Below are positions 1-11,641 of a DNA stretch of 64,000 bases, one piece after another. The notes under the pieces are model-generated. The model saw only the letters and a list, made by a program, of their open reading frames with translations, was not told the DNA's origin and ran no database searches. This stretch comes from Tubulanus polymorphus (lineage: Eukaryota; Animalia; Nemertea): contig NC_134032.1 in NCBI RefSeq assembly GCF_964204645.1, forward strand, positions 9,102,275-9,166,274, given 5' to 3'. Positions within the stretch are counted from its first letter, which is position 1, and every line of letters starts with the position of its first letter. The position numbers and the translations under genes were made by a program.

Positions 1-487
1 ATGATGGTAAATTTCGCTTGATTTTTTTGATTGAGTGTCCCTTACAGACCCACCACACCGGCCGGGAAATCGGAAATCGAAATGCAGATATAGTTGTGTG
101 ATCGGCGGTCGAGTTTGGCAGAATTTTTATTTAAATCGAAGTACATAATTGGAAATTAGGTTCCGGTTCATTCAACAATATTCCAACCAGTCGGAACCGG
201 CTTAATTCAATATATCGAAATTTTAATAGCTAGGTTGAAGATCATTTTTTTCAAAACCTGTTCCATTGTAGACCGTTTGAAATGGCTTATAGTCAGGTCA
301 ATCCTGGAACGCCTTTTCCTCAACTGAGATTCACTTCAATACGCGCAAAAGGCGAACGCGAATTAGATTTCGTTCCTTCGGCGAGTGCAAATGAACTAAA
401 ATTTGACTCAAGTTGAAAGAGTTTTACAGACAGATTTTACGCTGCCCAAGATTCTTGTAATGAGATTCCGCTTAAGATGAAGAAGGT

Positions 488-596
488 TTAAAGATCGAAG
501 CCTGCGACAACCACACATTGATAACTATCTAAATGCGAGACTTAAAAGATCGAAGCCTACGACAACACACACATTGATAACTATTTAAATGCGAGA
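488..596. repeat. Two-copy ~55 bp tandem duplication
   Basis: aagatcgaagcct(g/a)cgacaa..cacacattgataactat(c/t)taaatgcgaga occurs twice in tandem. Confidence 0.85.
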
Positions 597-2264
597 CGAC
601 AACTCACACGTCAAAGTGACAAATGATTTAGATGATAAAACTGGTCTTTCGTGGCATAGTCATCTGGAAAATTTTCGTTTCGAAATGTCAGCTTCCTTTC
701 TATCTAGTCAACGCGGGCTCAACCTAGAGGATTATACGTCAAGCAATACATCTACAATAAACTATCGGACTATTTACACGTAGAAAACCACCAAAAATAT
801 TAAAATGGACAAAATGATCTTCAACCTTGTACAACTTGACAATTCTGTGACGGTGCGCATATTGAAATTTAGAAAAATATGACCGGAGGCACGTGTGTGT
901 TCACACCCTCAGGACAAGACCAGTGAGTTCGGCTTCCGTGGCGGTGACCGTGCAACCCCCCCCCCCCCTCACGACATAGCTCGAGTCCATATCCTTTCTT
1001 AAATCATAAAAAGTGCAGCATCGTATATGCTCAAAACCAGAATTCTGTAAAAACAACAAATGAATTTCAGTACTAGTTTTGGCCAGGTTTATCTCTGGTT
1101 TTAGTGCGGGGCCTTTGAAGCGTTGAACTATAATTCGGATAACCGACAACCGGAATAACAATTGTTGGTTTGCCATACAGTTAGCTCGGGCTACGAACAA
1201 TTGTAGGCAGGCTCGGCTGAGCTCGTAATTCTGAAGACCGCTGATTTCTGAGACCTTCTGCACGAGAATCTCCCCTGCCAGGATTCGACCTCGATTGAAA
1301 CTCGATACCGACATTGTACATTTTGACATGCGCGGTTATCTGAGACACTATCAAAATATCAATATCAAAATGGCGTGCTAAACTAACGCGTGGCAAAAAC
1401 CTCGCCCAATTTCAAACGTAGTCAGCCTCCTTTAAAACCCCAGAAATCAACATTCGGTAAGTATTCATAACATAAGTTAAAATGGCGAAAAATATTTCAT
1501 CTTAGATTGTGGGTAATCGACATAATCATATTGATTCGGAGGTGAATCTACTAGGCACACATGGTGAAAATCAGTCAAGCAAGAAGACAAGTTTAAAAAT
1601 TAAATTAGGGCCAATGATGAATTTACTGACCGGGGCGGATCTAGGTATTTAGAGTAAGGGCCCAAAACTTCGAGAGCTGCAGGGGCGGATGCATGGACCA
1701 CTGTCGAGGGTAGAACTTAGGCTGTAAAAAGGGCATAATTTTGAAATTCTTCTCCATTATACCAGAATGCTCGTAATTCCATGAGATTGAGGCTACTTCC
1801 GTTACGTCACTGAGTTGCTGACTTCCGTCACTTCGAGACGTCCGAGAATTTGTTCTCATTATTTTTGCTGAACTATATCGTTCAACATCTCCTTTAGGCC
1901 TTTTTTTATTCCTTTTTTAATGTAAGTCTTCGGAAATCGCTGAATATCCGTAGCTTTTTTCTTGTAAATTATTAAATTTACTTTTGTTTTGGTCTCATTT
2001 ATTTAGCTAGTGCCTTTTAGGCCTAGGCCCTAGCTATTTATTTATTTTTCGATTAGACTTTCGGACCCGTTGGGTATCGTTTTCAACCATGCAGTCTAAT
2101 CTAGATTATGTCCTTCAGATATCGCCTGTCATAACGATGATCATAATGTTGCTGATGTTTCTAACTCTGATTCAATCGGTCAGAGATTTTTAAGTCTCTT
2201 TAATAAATCAGATGACAACAATAATCTTCCTGTTAACAAGGATTCGAATGATTTATTAGACTTT

Positions 2265-2993
2265 TTGAGATCTGAGGTTCAGTCTTTTAAAGTGACTGGA
2301 CCTCCGTTAAATGAAGATATTTCGTCTTTATTGACTCAACTTCTATCCGGTTTCGGATCCAACGATCCAGAAAAGAAAGAGTTTCTAGACAAGCTAGAAC
2401 GTAAGGCTAAGGACTATGCTTGTCCTGATAATACATCAAAGTTGGCTGTTACGAAAGTTAATCAGCCTATATGGATGAAACTTCCTAAAGAATCTGCAGC
2501 CTTTGATGTTAAACTGCAGAAAATCCAAAATTGGAATCTTCGGGGTGTTACAGCTATCTCTCGTGTTGTTGAAAGTTTAACTGATTCCTCTAAACATTTA
2601 GATAGGAAATCGTTAGGGGCCATTTTGTATGATGCGCTTTCGTTTATCGCTCAAGGAAACTTTGAGTTGAATTTGAGAAGGAGAGAGCTTCTTAAGAAAG
2701 ATTTTAAAGATTCTTTCAAGCCGCTTTGGCTACCCTCGAATCCCATTGGGGATCAATTATTTGGGGATAACCTTGACGAAAAATTAAAAGAAATCGAAAG
2801 GACAACTAGAATGGTTGGGAAACTTCTTCCTACTAATTTTCGTGGTCGTGGCCGTTCTAGCGCTTTGAGAGGTCGTGGTCGTGCTCGGTATGGCAGATTT
2901 CAACCATATCCTAATTATAGACCTTCAAATTATACTCCAAACAAGAAGGATTTTTGGAGGAAGGGCCAGTTTCAGGACCAGAAAAAATGGTAA
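2265..2993 (+). CDS. gag: DIRS ORF1 (gag-like); frame is open from 2100, true start uncertain
   Basis: Position before pol; NxxRRE motif (NLRRRE), LFG motif and basic RG-rich C-terminus, as in DIRS ORF1. Confidence 0.85.
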   Translation: MRSEVQSFKVTGPPLNEDISSLLTQLLSGFGSNDPEKKEFLDKLERKAKDYACPDNTSKLAVTKVNQPIWMKLPKESAAFDVKLQKIQNWNLRGVTAISRVVESLTDSSKHLDRKSLGAILYDALSFIAQGNFELNLRRRELLKKDFKDSFKPLWLPSNPIGDQLFGDNLDEKLKEIERTTRMVGKLLPTNFRGRGRSSALRGRGRARYGRFQPYPNYRPSNYTPNKKDFWRKGQFQDQKKW

Positions 2994-4874
2994 GTCATTC
3001 CTTACCTGTAGCTGGCCGTATTCGACATTTTTTGACCCTTTGGGAGTCATTAACTTCAGACAGTTATTTATTAGATTGTGTTAAAGGTTACCACATTGAA
3101 TGGGAAAACCTCCCTCCATGTCAATTGGAGTTGCCTCGAACTATTTTCTTTTCGAGTAAAGAGCAGTCTGCAATAGACGTTTTATTATCTGAATTCCTTC
3201 AGAGGGGAATTATTGAGTTTGCTTCTCCATCTCATGGTCAATTTATTTCAAACATTTTTGATGTCCCCAAGAAAGACTCTGGGTTTAGACTCATTTTGAA
3301 TCTAACTCATCTGAACAAATTTGTAAAATATTGTCATTTTAAAATGACTTCATTGAATACTGTTCTGAATTTAATGACGCCAGGTTGTTATATGGCTTCA
3401 TTAGATTTAAAAGATGCCTATTATTCTATTTCAATTTGCCCTGAAGATAGGATATTCCTTAGATTTATTTGGAAAGGTCATCTTTTTCAATATACATGTC
3501 TCCCTAATGGGATTTCTTCGGCGCCTAGACTTTTTACGAAATTATTAAAACCGGTTTTAACACCATTATGTCAGTTAGGTTACATCTCTGCTGATTATAT
3601 CGATGATATTTATTTGCAAGGGCTGGATTGTATCGAATGCAGTTCGAATGTATCGATTTCTAAAACACAATTACAAAATTGTGGTTACTTAATTAATGTG
3701 GTCAAGTCAGAGAAGAAACCTGATGTTCAGAGAAAGTTTCTTGGTTTTTGGTTGAATTCAATGACTTGGAAGGTTTTCTTAGGTCAGGATAAGATTGAGA
3801 AAATAATCAAAGAGTGCTCCACATTGTTGCTCAAACCAAATCCGTCTATTTGGCATATTGCCCATGTCGTGGGTGTTCTAGTTTCTTCCTTTCCTGCTGT
3901 GCCGGCAGGTCGATTATATTATCGAAATTTAGAGAAAACTTAAGTCTATTTCTCTTTCTCAATCGTTAGGAGATCTCAATACTAAAGTCTCTCTTTCTGA
4001 TGAAGCTAAGACTGATTTAATTTGGTGGATTGAGAATATTTCTCATTCTGCTTCTGCTCCAATTACACGTCATGCGCCTGATATAACTATTACCACTGAC
4101 GCATCTCTTTCAGGTTGGGGTGCAATTATCAATCAAACTAAAACCTATGGTTTTTTTTGGAATGCGCAAGAGAAATTGAATCACATCAATATTCTAGAGC
4201 TAAGGGCAGTTTTGTTTGCCCTTTTATCGTTCAGTGGACTTATTCAGAACAAACATATTCTTGTTCAATTAGATAATACCGTTGCAGTAGCCTACATTAA
4301 GAATCAGGGAGGAACAAAATCTCCTCAGTTGAATAGTTTAGCTAAACAGATTTGGCAATTAGTCTTCAAATTTAATTCATGGCTTTCTGTAACTCACATT
4401 TCAGGAATATCGAATTTTGATGCAGATATTTTATCACGCGTTCAATCGGTCAATAAAGAATGGCAATTAGATAAGACTGCGTTCTCTGATATTATCAGAG
4501 TTTTTGGACAACCTGAAATTGATCTATTTACATCTAGAATTAATACCCTACGGGTTAAGTTCATTTCTTGGCATCCTGATCCTCAACCTTTTTGTATAGA
4601 TGCATTCACTGTGAATTGGTCAAATTGGTATTGGTATGCCTTTCCTCCATTTAGTTTAATTGCTAAATGTCTGTCTAAAATTCAACAAGAAAAAAGTCAC
4701 GGAATTCTTATGGTGCCTAATTGGCCGTCACAATCATGGTATCCAAAGTTGATTAACTTGACTAATCAAACTTTCACTTTATCTTGCAGAAAGAATTTAC
4801 TACGTCTTCCTCAAGATCCAGAGAAAATCCATCCGATTTACAAACAGCTAAGTTTGCTGGTTTGTCGCTTTTAA
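2954..4874 (+). pseudogene. pol: DIRS pol: reverse transcriptase, RNase H and Dam-like methyltransferase domain, with one +1 frameshift near 3935
   Basis: RT motifs LDLKDAY, LPNG, YIDD, FLG. In the +1 frame after gagaaaact it continues DLIWW..TTDASLSGWG..HINILEL..DN (RNase H), then IDLFTS..N and YAFPPF (MT). Confidence 0.93.
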
Positions 4875-5833
4875 CACAACACTTGCTTTCTCTGGGTCTG
4901 TCGAATTTGTCGATTAATTTGCTTTTGTCATCTCTTCGAGATTCAACTCTTCGGCAATATGATGTGTATTATAGACAATGGATCGATTATGTGACTCGCC
5001 GAGGGTTTGATTATAGAAACCCATCTGCAGAACTTTTAGTTGATTTTCTTTCTTCATTATATGAGAAAGGCTTGTCATATAGTGCGATAAATACGGCAAG
5101 ATCTGCTATTTCAACTTTCAGTTTTGTGTCACCATCTGCTAATATTGGTTCCGAACCTCTTGTGAAACGACTTTTCAAAGGTATTTTCGAGAATCGTCCT
5201 CCTATACCTAAATATAATGATACGTGGGATGTTGGTATTGTCCTTCGTTTTTTGAAATCAGTAGAACCGTTACATGATTTGTCTCTATCTGATTTGACTA
5301 AGAAAACTTTATGTTTAATGGCACTTGTTTCAGGACTTCGTCGTAATGTGCTTCATCAATTACGTATCGATGACATGAACATTTTTGATGATCATATAAC
5401 CTTTCTTTTTGTCAAACAGAAACAAGATAGACCGGGGAAACCGACTCATCCGATTTCGTTCTTTGCTTATCCTTATGATAAATCGATTTGCGTTTTATCT
5501 TGTATCAAAGAGTACATTCGTGTAACGGCTGGTCTTAGGAAAGACAATCATCTTTTCATTTCTACTAACAAACCTCACGGACGAGCGTCAAGTGAGACAT
5601 TATCGCGCTGGATTAAAGATGTCTTGTTCGCCTCTGGAGTTGATATCAACCGATACTCCAGTCATTCTACTCGTTCAGCTTCTGCGTCTGCGGCTGTTAA
5701 GACTATTCCAATAAACACTATTCTCCAGGCTGTTGGTTGGAGCTGCGAACAGACTTTCGCAAAATATTACAATAAAACTGTAGTTGATCATCCTCCGAAG
5801 CAATTGGCTAATGCGGTCCTTGCTTCAATTTGA
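4784..5833 (+). CDS. DIRS tyrosine recombinase
   Basis: N-terminal STLRQY..ARSAIS segment; catalytic R (SGLR), HSTR, GW and Y (TFAKYY); overlaps the 3' end of pol. Confidence 0.95.
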   Translation: MQKEFTTSSSRSRENPSDLQTAKFAGLSLLTQHLLSLGLSNLSINLLLSSLRDSTLRQYDVYYRQWIDYVTRRGFDYRNPSAELLVDFLSSLYEKGLSYSAINTARSAISTFSFVSPSANIGSEPLVKRLFKGIFENRPPIPKYNDTWDVGIVLRFLKSVEPLHDLSLSDLTKKTLCLMALVSGLRRNVLHQLRIDDMNIFDDHITFLFVKQKQDRPGKPTHPISFFAYPYDKSICVLSCIKEYIRVTAGLRKDNHLFISTNKPHGRASSETLSRWIKDVLFASGVDINRYSSHSTRSASASAAVKTIPINTILQAVGWSCEQTFAKYYNKTVVDHPPKQLANAVLASI

Positions 5834-5895
5834 TTTAAGGTATTTATGTTTGTTTCCTTGTGTATAATAAGTTTCGGCAAAATAGATGACTTTGA

Positions 5896-6021
5896 AATCT
5901 CATGGAATTACGAGCATTCTGGTATAATGGAGAAGAATTGAGAAATTAAACGAGACTTACCTGTAAGTTGAAGTTTGATTGTAATTCTTCGGAATTATAC
6001 CAGATGCGAGTGATTACATGC
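5896..6021. repeat. DIRS internal complementary region (ICR)
   Basis: 5896-5939 is the exact reverse complement of 1745-1788; 5937-6021 is the exact reverse complement of 6222-6306; the halves overlap by ATT. Confidence 0.95.
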
Positions 6022-7256
6022 CCGCCCTTTTCTAATGCCCACCCATCTCGCATCTGGGTTTGTGTTAAAATATTATTTTTCTTCTGTGTTTCATACAGAT
6101 TAATTTAAGAATTCTCGCATCTTTTTCGTTTTTATTCCGAAACGATTTTCATGCTTTTCTTTTAAATCTATCTTGCCTCTTTAAGACTGTGAATAGTGAC
6201 GTAACGGAAGTAGCCTCAATCGCATGTAATCACTCGCATCTGGTATAATTCCGAAGAATTACAATCAAACTTCAACTTACAGGTAAGTCTCGTTTAATTT
6301 CTCAATCAACAAGGGCATTCTGAAATTTTGAAAATCTGCTCTTTGCTACAAATTCCAGGCAATTAAAACCCTGACGCGAAATGCTATCTAGCATTTTAAC
6401 TGCATTGGGATGCAGCTTCCAGGAAATGAAGGCGAAATCTTGAAGAATTAGGCCTATGTGCTTTTTGTTTAAAACTATCTACCTTATCTTGTAAAAGATG
6501 CCATCTTCTTCTTAGAGGGCATGAAGAAAAAAGAAAAAAAAAGGGCCCAAGATTTTCGCGACGGTAGCACAGCGGCATTGGAAGTGCAGCAACTGCAGCT
6601 GGGAAAGCCGCGGCAATAATTTACTGAATGATGTTTTTTTGTCTTTCTATATGTCACGTTTTTGAAGAAATTAAGTAAATTCACCGCGGAAATATTTAGA
6701 ACCTGTCCAAAATCGGCATTTGGCCGCAGCAATCAAAAATTGCTTCCAACGCGCCTGTAGCACCGTCTGAATCGGCGCCTGAGCTAATGGTTGTCTGACT
6801 GATATTTCTAGATGGGCTTGGGTCTTGCTGTGTTGTGGGCCTTATATGTTCTTAAATGTTTCTTCAGTGAATCAGTTATGCCTTGTTTTTTATCCGGTAT
6901 CGATTTTAATACTTTCCATTTTCATTTGTAGATGTGTTAAACCATTTTATAAAGAATTGAGACATCGGAAACGGTGAAAACAGTGTAAGTTTATTTCATC
7001 TTTAAAATGTTTTCATCCGTTTCAGAAACAGATAATATTCATCTATTCGTGTATCTTCATTACTTTCTTTCATGTTTGATGTTGAACTCTGGAGGCAAAA
7101 CCGTAGATAGAAAGCCCCGGATAAATGACCTACAGATTGGAGCAAACAATTTTATTCGTAAGTTTGAATTTTGAATTCGATAATTCTGCAGTTATCTTAA
7201 CAAAGAAAACAATCTTTGACTCGTCTATTATAGGTATGGATCACTACAACGGGAAC

Positions 7257-7533
7257 TTGGATTCGGTATAGGACAACAAGGAATCAGTGCATTACAAATA
7301 AGACTTTCTTGGAATCGGCGCAGAACTACCAGGAATCAGTGCTTTACAGTAACACTTCGTTGGATTTAACACAGGACAAGGATTCAGTACTTAACATGAC
7401 TTTGTTGGATTCAATACAGGACAAGGAAGCAGTGCTTTACTATCAGACTTGCTTAGATTCGGCGCGGGGATACCCGGAATCACTGTTTTATGATAAGACT
7501 CTTAGATTCTGCACAGGTCATCGGGATTCACTG
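7257..7533. repeat. Degenerate ~45-52 bp tandem repeat, about 6 copies
   Basis: Recurrent ttggattc..caggac..ggaatcagtgctttac..agact. Confidence 0.7.
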
Positions 7534-7663
7534 AATGGAAATTCAAGATAAGTTACATTTATCGCTTATTCATCGGTTGTTGATTTGATTTTAAGGGACC
7601 AGTTTTATAGTGTTTGTCATAAACTATGTTTCGAAATGAAATCTGGGCTTTCACATTTGTTTA

Positions 7664-7986
7664 GGGAGCATCTCAAAATTTCGATAGTTACTCCAATTCG
7701 AATAACTTGCGGAAGGGATTGGGGCTGAAGGCCTCCAGGGGATTCATCACGACTGCCGAACTAGTTAATTAACTTAAATAGTTTCACTTGTAATTTTGCT
7801 AATCTATTTTTCGATTAAAAGTTACGATCAAAATTTCCTCGTGAGAATGTCTTATCTTTGTCTGTGGTCTCTCATTAGAAAATCAATAGTTCCAACTTAG
7901 GCATGTGTCTAATCAATGAGAGGGGTGGGGTAAGAAAGAATTAGGTATTCTAATTGACGCCAGTATTGAAATTTTGAGATGCTCCC
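7664..7986. mobile_element. PIF/Harbinger-type MITE
   Basis: TIR gggagcatctcaaaatttc / gaaattttgagatgctccc with TTA TSD on both sides. Confidence 0.88.
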
Positions 7987-8145
7987 TTATTGAATCCATT
8001 CAATTGTCTTTATATCGTTGGTGTATAGGATTAGGAAGGATTAGGCCTAGTTCAAACTTACGATTGATATTTCAGTGATACATGAACGAATATAACGGGT
8101 TTACAGGTTTTCTAAATTGATAAACTCGAATGTTATTTTCAATAT

Positions 8146-8408
8146 GAAACTGGTCCCTGATATCAATAACACAACTGTTATCAATCGCGTTCCTTCGTCA
8201 CAATCGGATGTGTTTACAATTTCTTTAGATTATACTGCTGTAGTTTTCGGACTGATTGAACAGTTACAGATACATGTAACATTGTGCGCAGATACAGAGT
8301 ACACAGATCACTACATTGCTTCATCCTGTGATTGAACAGTGATTGTTCTCTCACCTTCACAATTCCCATCCGTCACTAAAACATCGTAACACTTCAACTT
8401 ATCTAACC
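8146..8408 (+). repeat. Dispersed repeat, inverted homologue of 21514-21780
   Basis: ttcacaattcccatcc, gaacagttacaga.acatgtaacattgtg and ttccttcgtcacaatc match the reverse complement of 21514-21780. Confidence 0.85.
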
Positions 8409-8965
8409 GCGGGGTTTGGGGAGGATGGGTAGGGTTGGGGGGAGGCAGGGGTAGAGGGAGGGTGGGAGGGATGGGGTCTGGGATGGCGGGAGGGAAGGGG
8501 TTTGGGAGGGCGGGAGGGATGGGGTCTGGGAGGGCGGGGGGGATGGGGTCTGGGAGGGCGGGGAGGGATGGGGTCTGGGAGGGCGGGAGGGATGGGGTCT
8601 GGGAGGGCGGGAGGGATGGGGTCTGGGAGGGCGGGAGGGATGGGGTCTGGGAGGGTGGGAGGGATGGGGTCTGGGAGGGCGGGAGGGATGGGGTCTGGGA
8701 GGGCGGGAGGATGGGATCTGGGAGGGTGGGGAGGGTGAGAGGGATGGGGTCTGGGAGGGGGGCAGGGATTGGGTCTGGGAGGGAGGTAGGAATGAGGTCT
8801 GGGAGGGATGGAATGAGGGAGGTTGGGATGTAGGGGTGGGCTGGGGACGATGGGTGGCGGTAGGACTTTGGAGGGAGGGGTGAAGGATCTAGGTGGGTGG
8901 TAGTGTAGGGTTTAGGGTATAGGTGGGCGGTAGTGAAGGTTTTAGGTGGGTGGGGATTTAGGGTC
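8409..8965 (+). repeat. G-rich 24-bp minisatellite with G-quadruplex potential
   Basis: Unit gggagggcgggagggatggggtct, degenerating at both edges. Confidence 0.92.
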
Positions 8966-9148
8966 AGGTACAGTCGTGGTAGTTATTTTTAGTCTTGAAC
9001 TTCAGGATATTTCAGAAAATGCGTCCCATTTTTTTATTGTATTCTAATAACCAATTAATATGAAACACCTTTAGGTACTGTAAGGCATCATTAAACGAGA
9101 CTTGTACATGTTATTTTACAGTCGTTACGCATGACAAGCTGGTTAAAT

Positions 9149-9220
9149 GGACTATTAGTTTTACTGGTTTATATCGCGAATGCCTTCTACAAGACCCAGG
9201 TTCGATCCCTGGTTAGTGCG
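9149..9220 (+). pseudogene. tRNA-like remnant or tRNA-derived SINE head
   Basis: A-box-like tagttttactggtt; T-arm ccaggttcgatccctgg; acceptor-like ends ggacta/tagtgc; anticodon arm not intact. Confidence 0.4.
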
Positions 9221-9624
9221 CATAGTTTCACTGTCGCGAGATAATTGCCCCCCGATATTTGAATGGACTTACTTTACAATTTTTTTAGGGCTGTTATTCA
9301 AGTTGGCCATGAATGAGGAATTTACTTGAATGGTAGAAACTGTGCCGCGGTTGCGACCGAAATATAGCTTAACGAGCAATTCGATTATTTGACAATTATT
9401 TACGTTATAATTACTGTCGAAAGCTGGTGGCGTACTGCTTCTTTTTGAATACGTTGCCAGTAGAAATTCACCAGCATTCTATCTAGCGACGAGTATGTAC
9501 GTATTGATGGAGTGAAACACTGAGAATAGGGAATTCCCAGGAAATCCCAACAAATATAGGCCTAGGGGATATTTGTAAAAATCACATTGTGTAGAACGAT
9601 AACCACACTCAAACGTGGTAAACG

Positions 9625-9777
9625 GATAATAAGATAAAAACCCACTATCTACAGATTAAAAGAATTTAAAAACAAGAATTTATTAATTCAATCTAAAATA
9701 TATATAAGACACGACGTTTCGATCTCACCCTAGAGATCATCGTCAATCTGTAGATAGTGGGTTTTCATCTTATTATC
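9625..9777 (-). mobile_element. Penelope-like pseudo-LTR remnant with minimal hammerhead motif
   Basis: 33-bp inverted repeat (9625-9657 / 9745-9777) flanking minus-strand TGACGA-t-gatctc-tagggt-gagatc-GAAACGTC. Confidence 0.65.
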
Positions 9778-10044
9778 ACATTGTGTTTCGTGCACAAAGT
9801 ACATACTACCATTAACCCTCTCCCTTAGAAAAGTATGTACGCTTTGAGCTCACCCCCTCCCCTCCCTCTGTAAGCTTTTGTGCGGATTTCTGAAACTCCT
9901 CTCCCCCTAGGTGCGCACGTACTTTATTCACAGCCCGGAACGCCGTGTAAACGCTCACCAAAATTTGGTCCAGTCTAGATTTGGACCGGACCAGGTACGG
10001 ACCCATTTAGACTGGTCTAACTAGTCGTCGTGTGAACGTGGCTT

Positions 10045-10232
10045 ATAACTTGGCATAAAATCAGGAAAACTTTTCATTAATCGTTAATGATTTTATGCTG
10101 AGATATACGTTGACATAAAATCAGCAAAACCTTTTATTAATCGTAAATAAATTTATGTTGAGATAATAACTCGACATCAATTCAGCTAAACTTTTTATTA
10201 ATCGTTAATGAATTAATGCTGAGACAATAACA
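10045..10232. repeat. ~60-bp tandem repeat, 3 copies
   Basis: cataaaatcag.aaaac.tttt.attaatcgt.aat.a.tttatg.tgagata repeated. Confidence 0.85.
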
Positions 10233-11424
10233 TAATAGCTATGTTGAGAAATATCACAACTGAAAATATAATTTTCATTTCTCGTAAATGATGTGCCCAG
10301 GACGCTTTCAGTAGTAATCACTTTAATCAATTTTCAGATTCTCTTCATTTGCCTTCAGCAGTAGGCGGCACAGATCACTTCACTTTTTGAAGATAGATCA
10401 ATATCGATAGTAGTTAGTTATCCTAGTGTTTTCACAAAGAGGGGACACGTTTTCTGAAATAAACTGCACAATTTATAGGTGGAACAACTGTACAATTTAT
10501 TGGTGGACAATGATGACACGGATTGACAAAGACAGAGAGACTATTGTTCTATTATACATCCAGCAACTTTCATATTTTTGAATAGATTCTATTGACATCA
10601 GTATATTCCAAGCTGAGACTTCTTGTTTTCTGAACAGAATAAAAGGCCCTGTGAACTAGTTATACGTATATCAGGAAATCTTTTAGAACCTGATCTTATT
10701 TTACCCCAAGTTTGCACAGCTTCTTCCCACTACTTTGTGTGGGTAGTTCACTTTGATAAAGCGCATTTATGCATCTTAGTTACGGATCTTAGAATATAGC
10801 TGCAAAGCTGATAACGGGTTTCTGCCTTGCTGGATAAAATGTCGTACTCGGAAGCGTACAAGGTTTCATCCGTATCAGTCATAAAAACAAACGGCTATTT
10901 TAAGGACCTAAGGGTCCACTCACATACTGGTAGCACATTTATACATCTTAGTTATGGATCTAAGATTATTTCTGTGATCAGAATTATTTCAGATCGCACT
11001 GATTTATTTGTATGAAATACGTCAATTTATTTTCTCAGTTTTAATGTAATTGCGTATGTTGTAATTAATTGTAAATACCGATTTTTTTCCTCCATATACC
11101 ATAAAATGGTTGGAGTTTAATTAATATTCGTATTAATTGATAACATCAAATAGGTATTATTGCATCCAAGTTTACGAGCGGCCTTTCGAACCCATCAGAC
11201 TTACGTGTGAAATATATTCCTTACGAAAAATATGATTCCGATAAAATCATCAGGATCTGTAAGATCTTCGAATGCTGTGGCTGTTTTTGATGAATCACCG
11301 TTATGAAAGCCGTAAACATTTATCATAAGGATTTATTACTCCCACATTGAAGAAACAATCCACCGCGGATTGAAACCATTCAAATTTGTGCAGTTTATGA
11401 AATAGCAGTTCACTTGTCCACAAG

Positions 11425-11582
11425 CCTGGGCTGGTATCTATGGAAGGGCTAAAATGACATACCAGTTGCTAGCTGCTAGTTGCTAGTTGCAAATTGCCAA
11501 TTGCTAGTTGCCAAATGCTTGTTGTCAAATGCTCATTGCCAGTGGAGCATTTTTTTTCAATCCATCTGCTAGCGCCACCTCA
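11425..11582 (+). repeat. Dispersed repeat, inverted homologue of 17191-17320
   Basis: atggaag..gacat(a/g)ccagttgctag..ttgcca.atgctt..gctagc(g/a)ccacctc is shared in opposite orientation. Confidence 0.65.
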
Positions 11583-11641
11583 ATATACATATTTGTATAT
11601 ATTTTTTTACCGCACATCAAACGTGAATATCAATAACGCGA

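Larger units (their letters stand above)
1745..6306 (+). mobile_element. DIRS1-like tyrosine-recombinase retrotransposon, near full length
   Basis: Imperfect ITRs (1745-1811 and 6195-6260, plus right extension to 6306); ICR at 5896-6021; overlapping gag, RT-RNaseH-MT and YR ORFs; trinucleotide AAT at both ends. Confidence 0.97.
1630..6781. mobile_element. Probable CAGGGGCGGAT-type MITE(s) hosting the DIRS insertion
   Basis: ccggggcggatct (1630) and caggggcggatg (1680) on the left; gcgcctg (6757) and gaatcggcgcctg (6781) on the right. Same terminal type as the MITE at 59396. No clear TSD. Confidence 0.35.

Noticed and set aside
1-1620. Protein-coding ORFs 589-783, 901-1329 and 1181-1396
   Set aside because: No recognisable domains; AAAATGGCG motifs and a donor at 1457 hint at a promoter or first exon but are too weak to call.
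4176-5833. Prophage integrase plus DNA methyltransferase, or a bacterial RT defence system
   Set aside because: RT-RH-MT plus YR with ITR/ICR is the standard eukaryotic DIRS1 layout.
8435-8833. Gly/Arg-rich proteins (also 21144-21617)
   Set aside because: Frames are open only because the 24-bp G-rich unit lacks stop codons.
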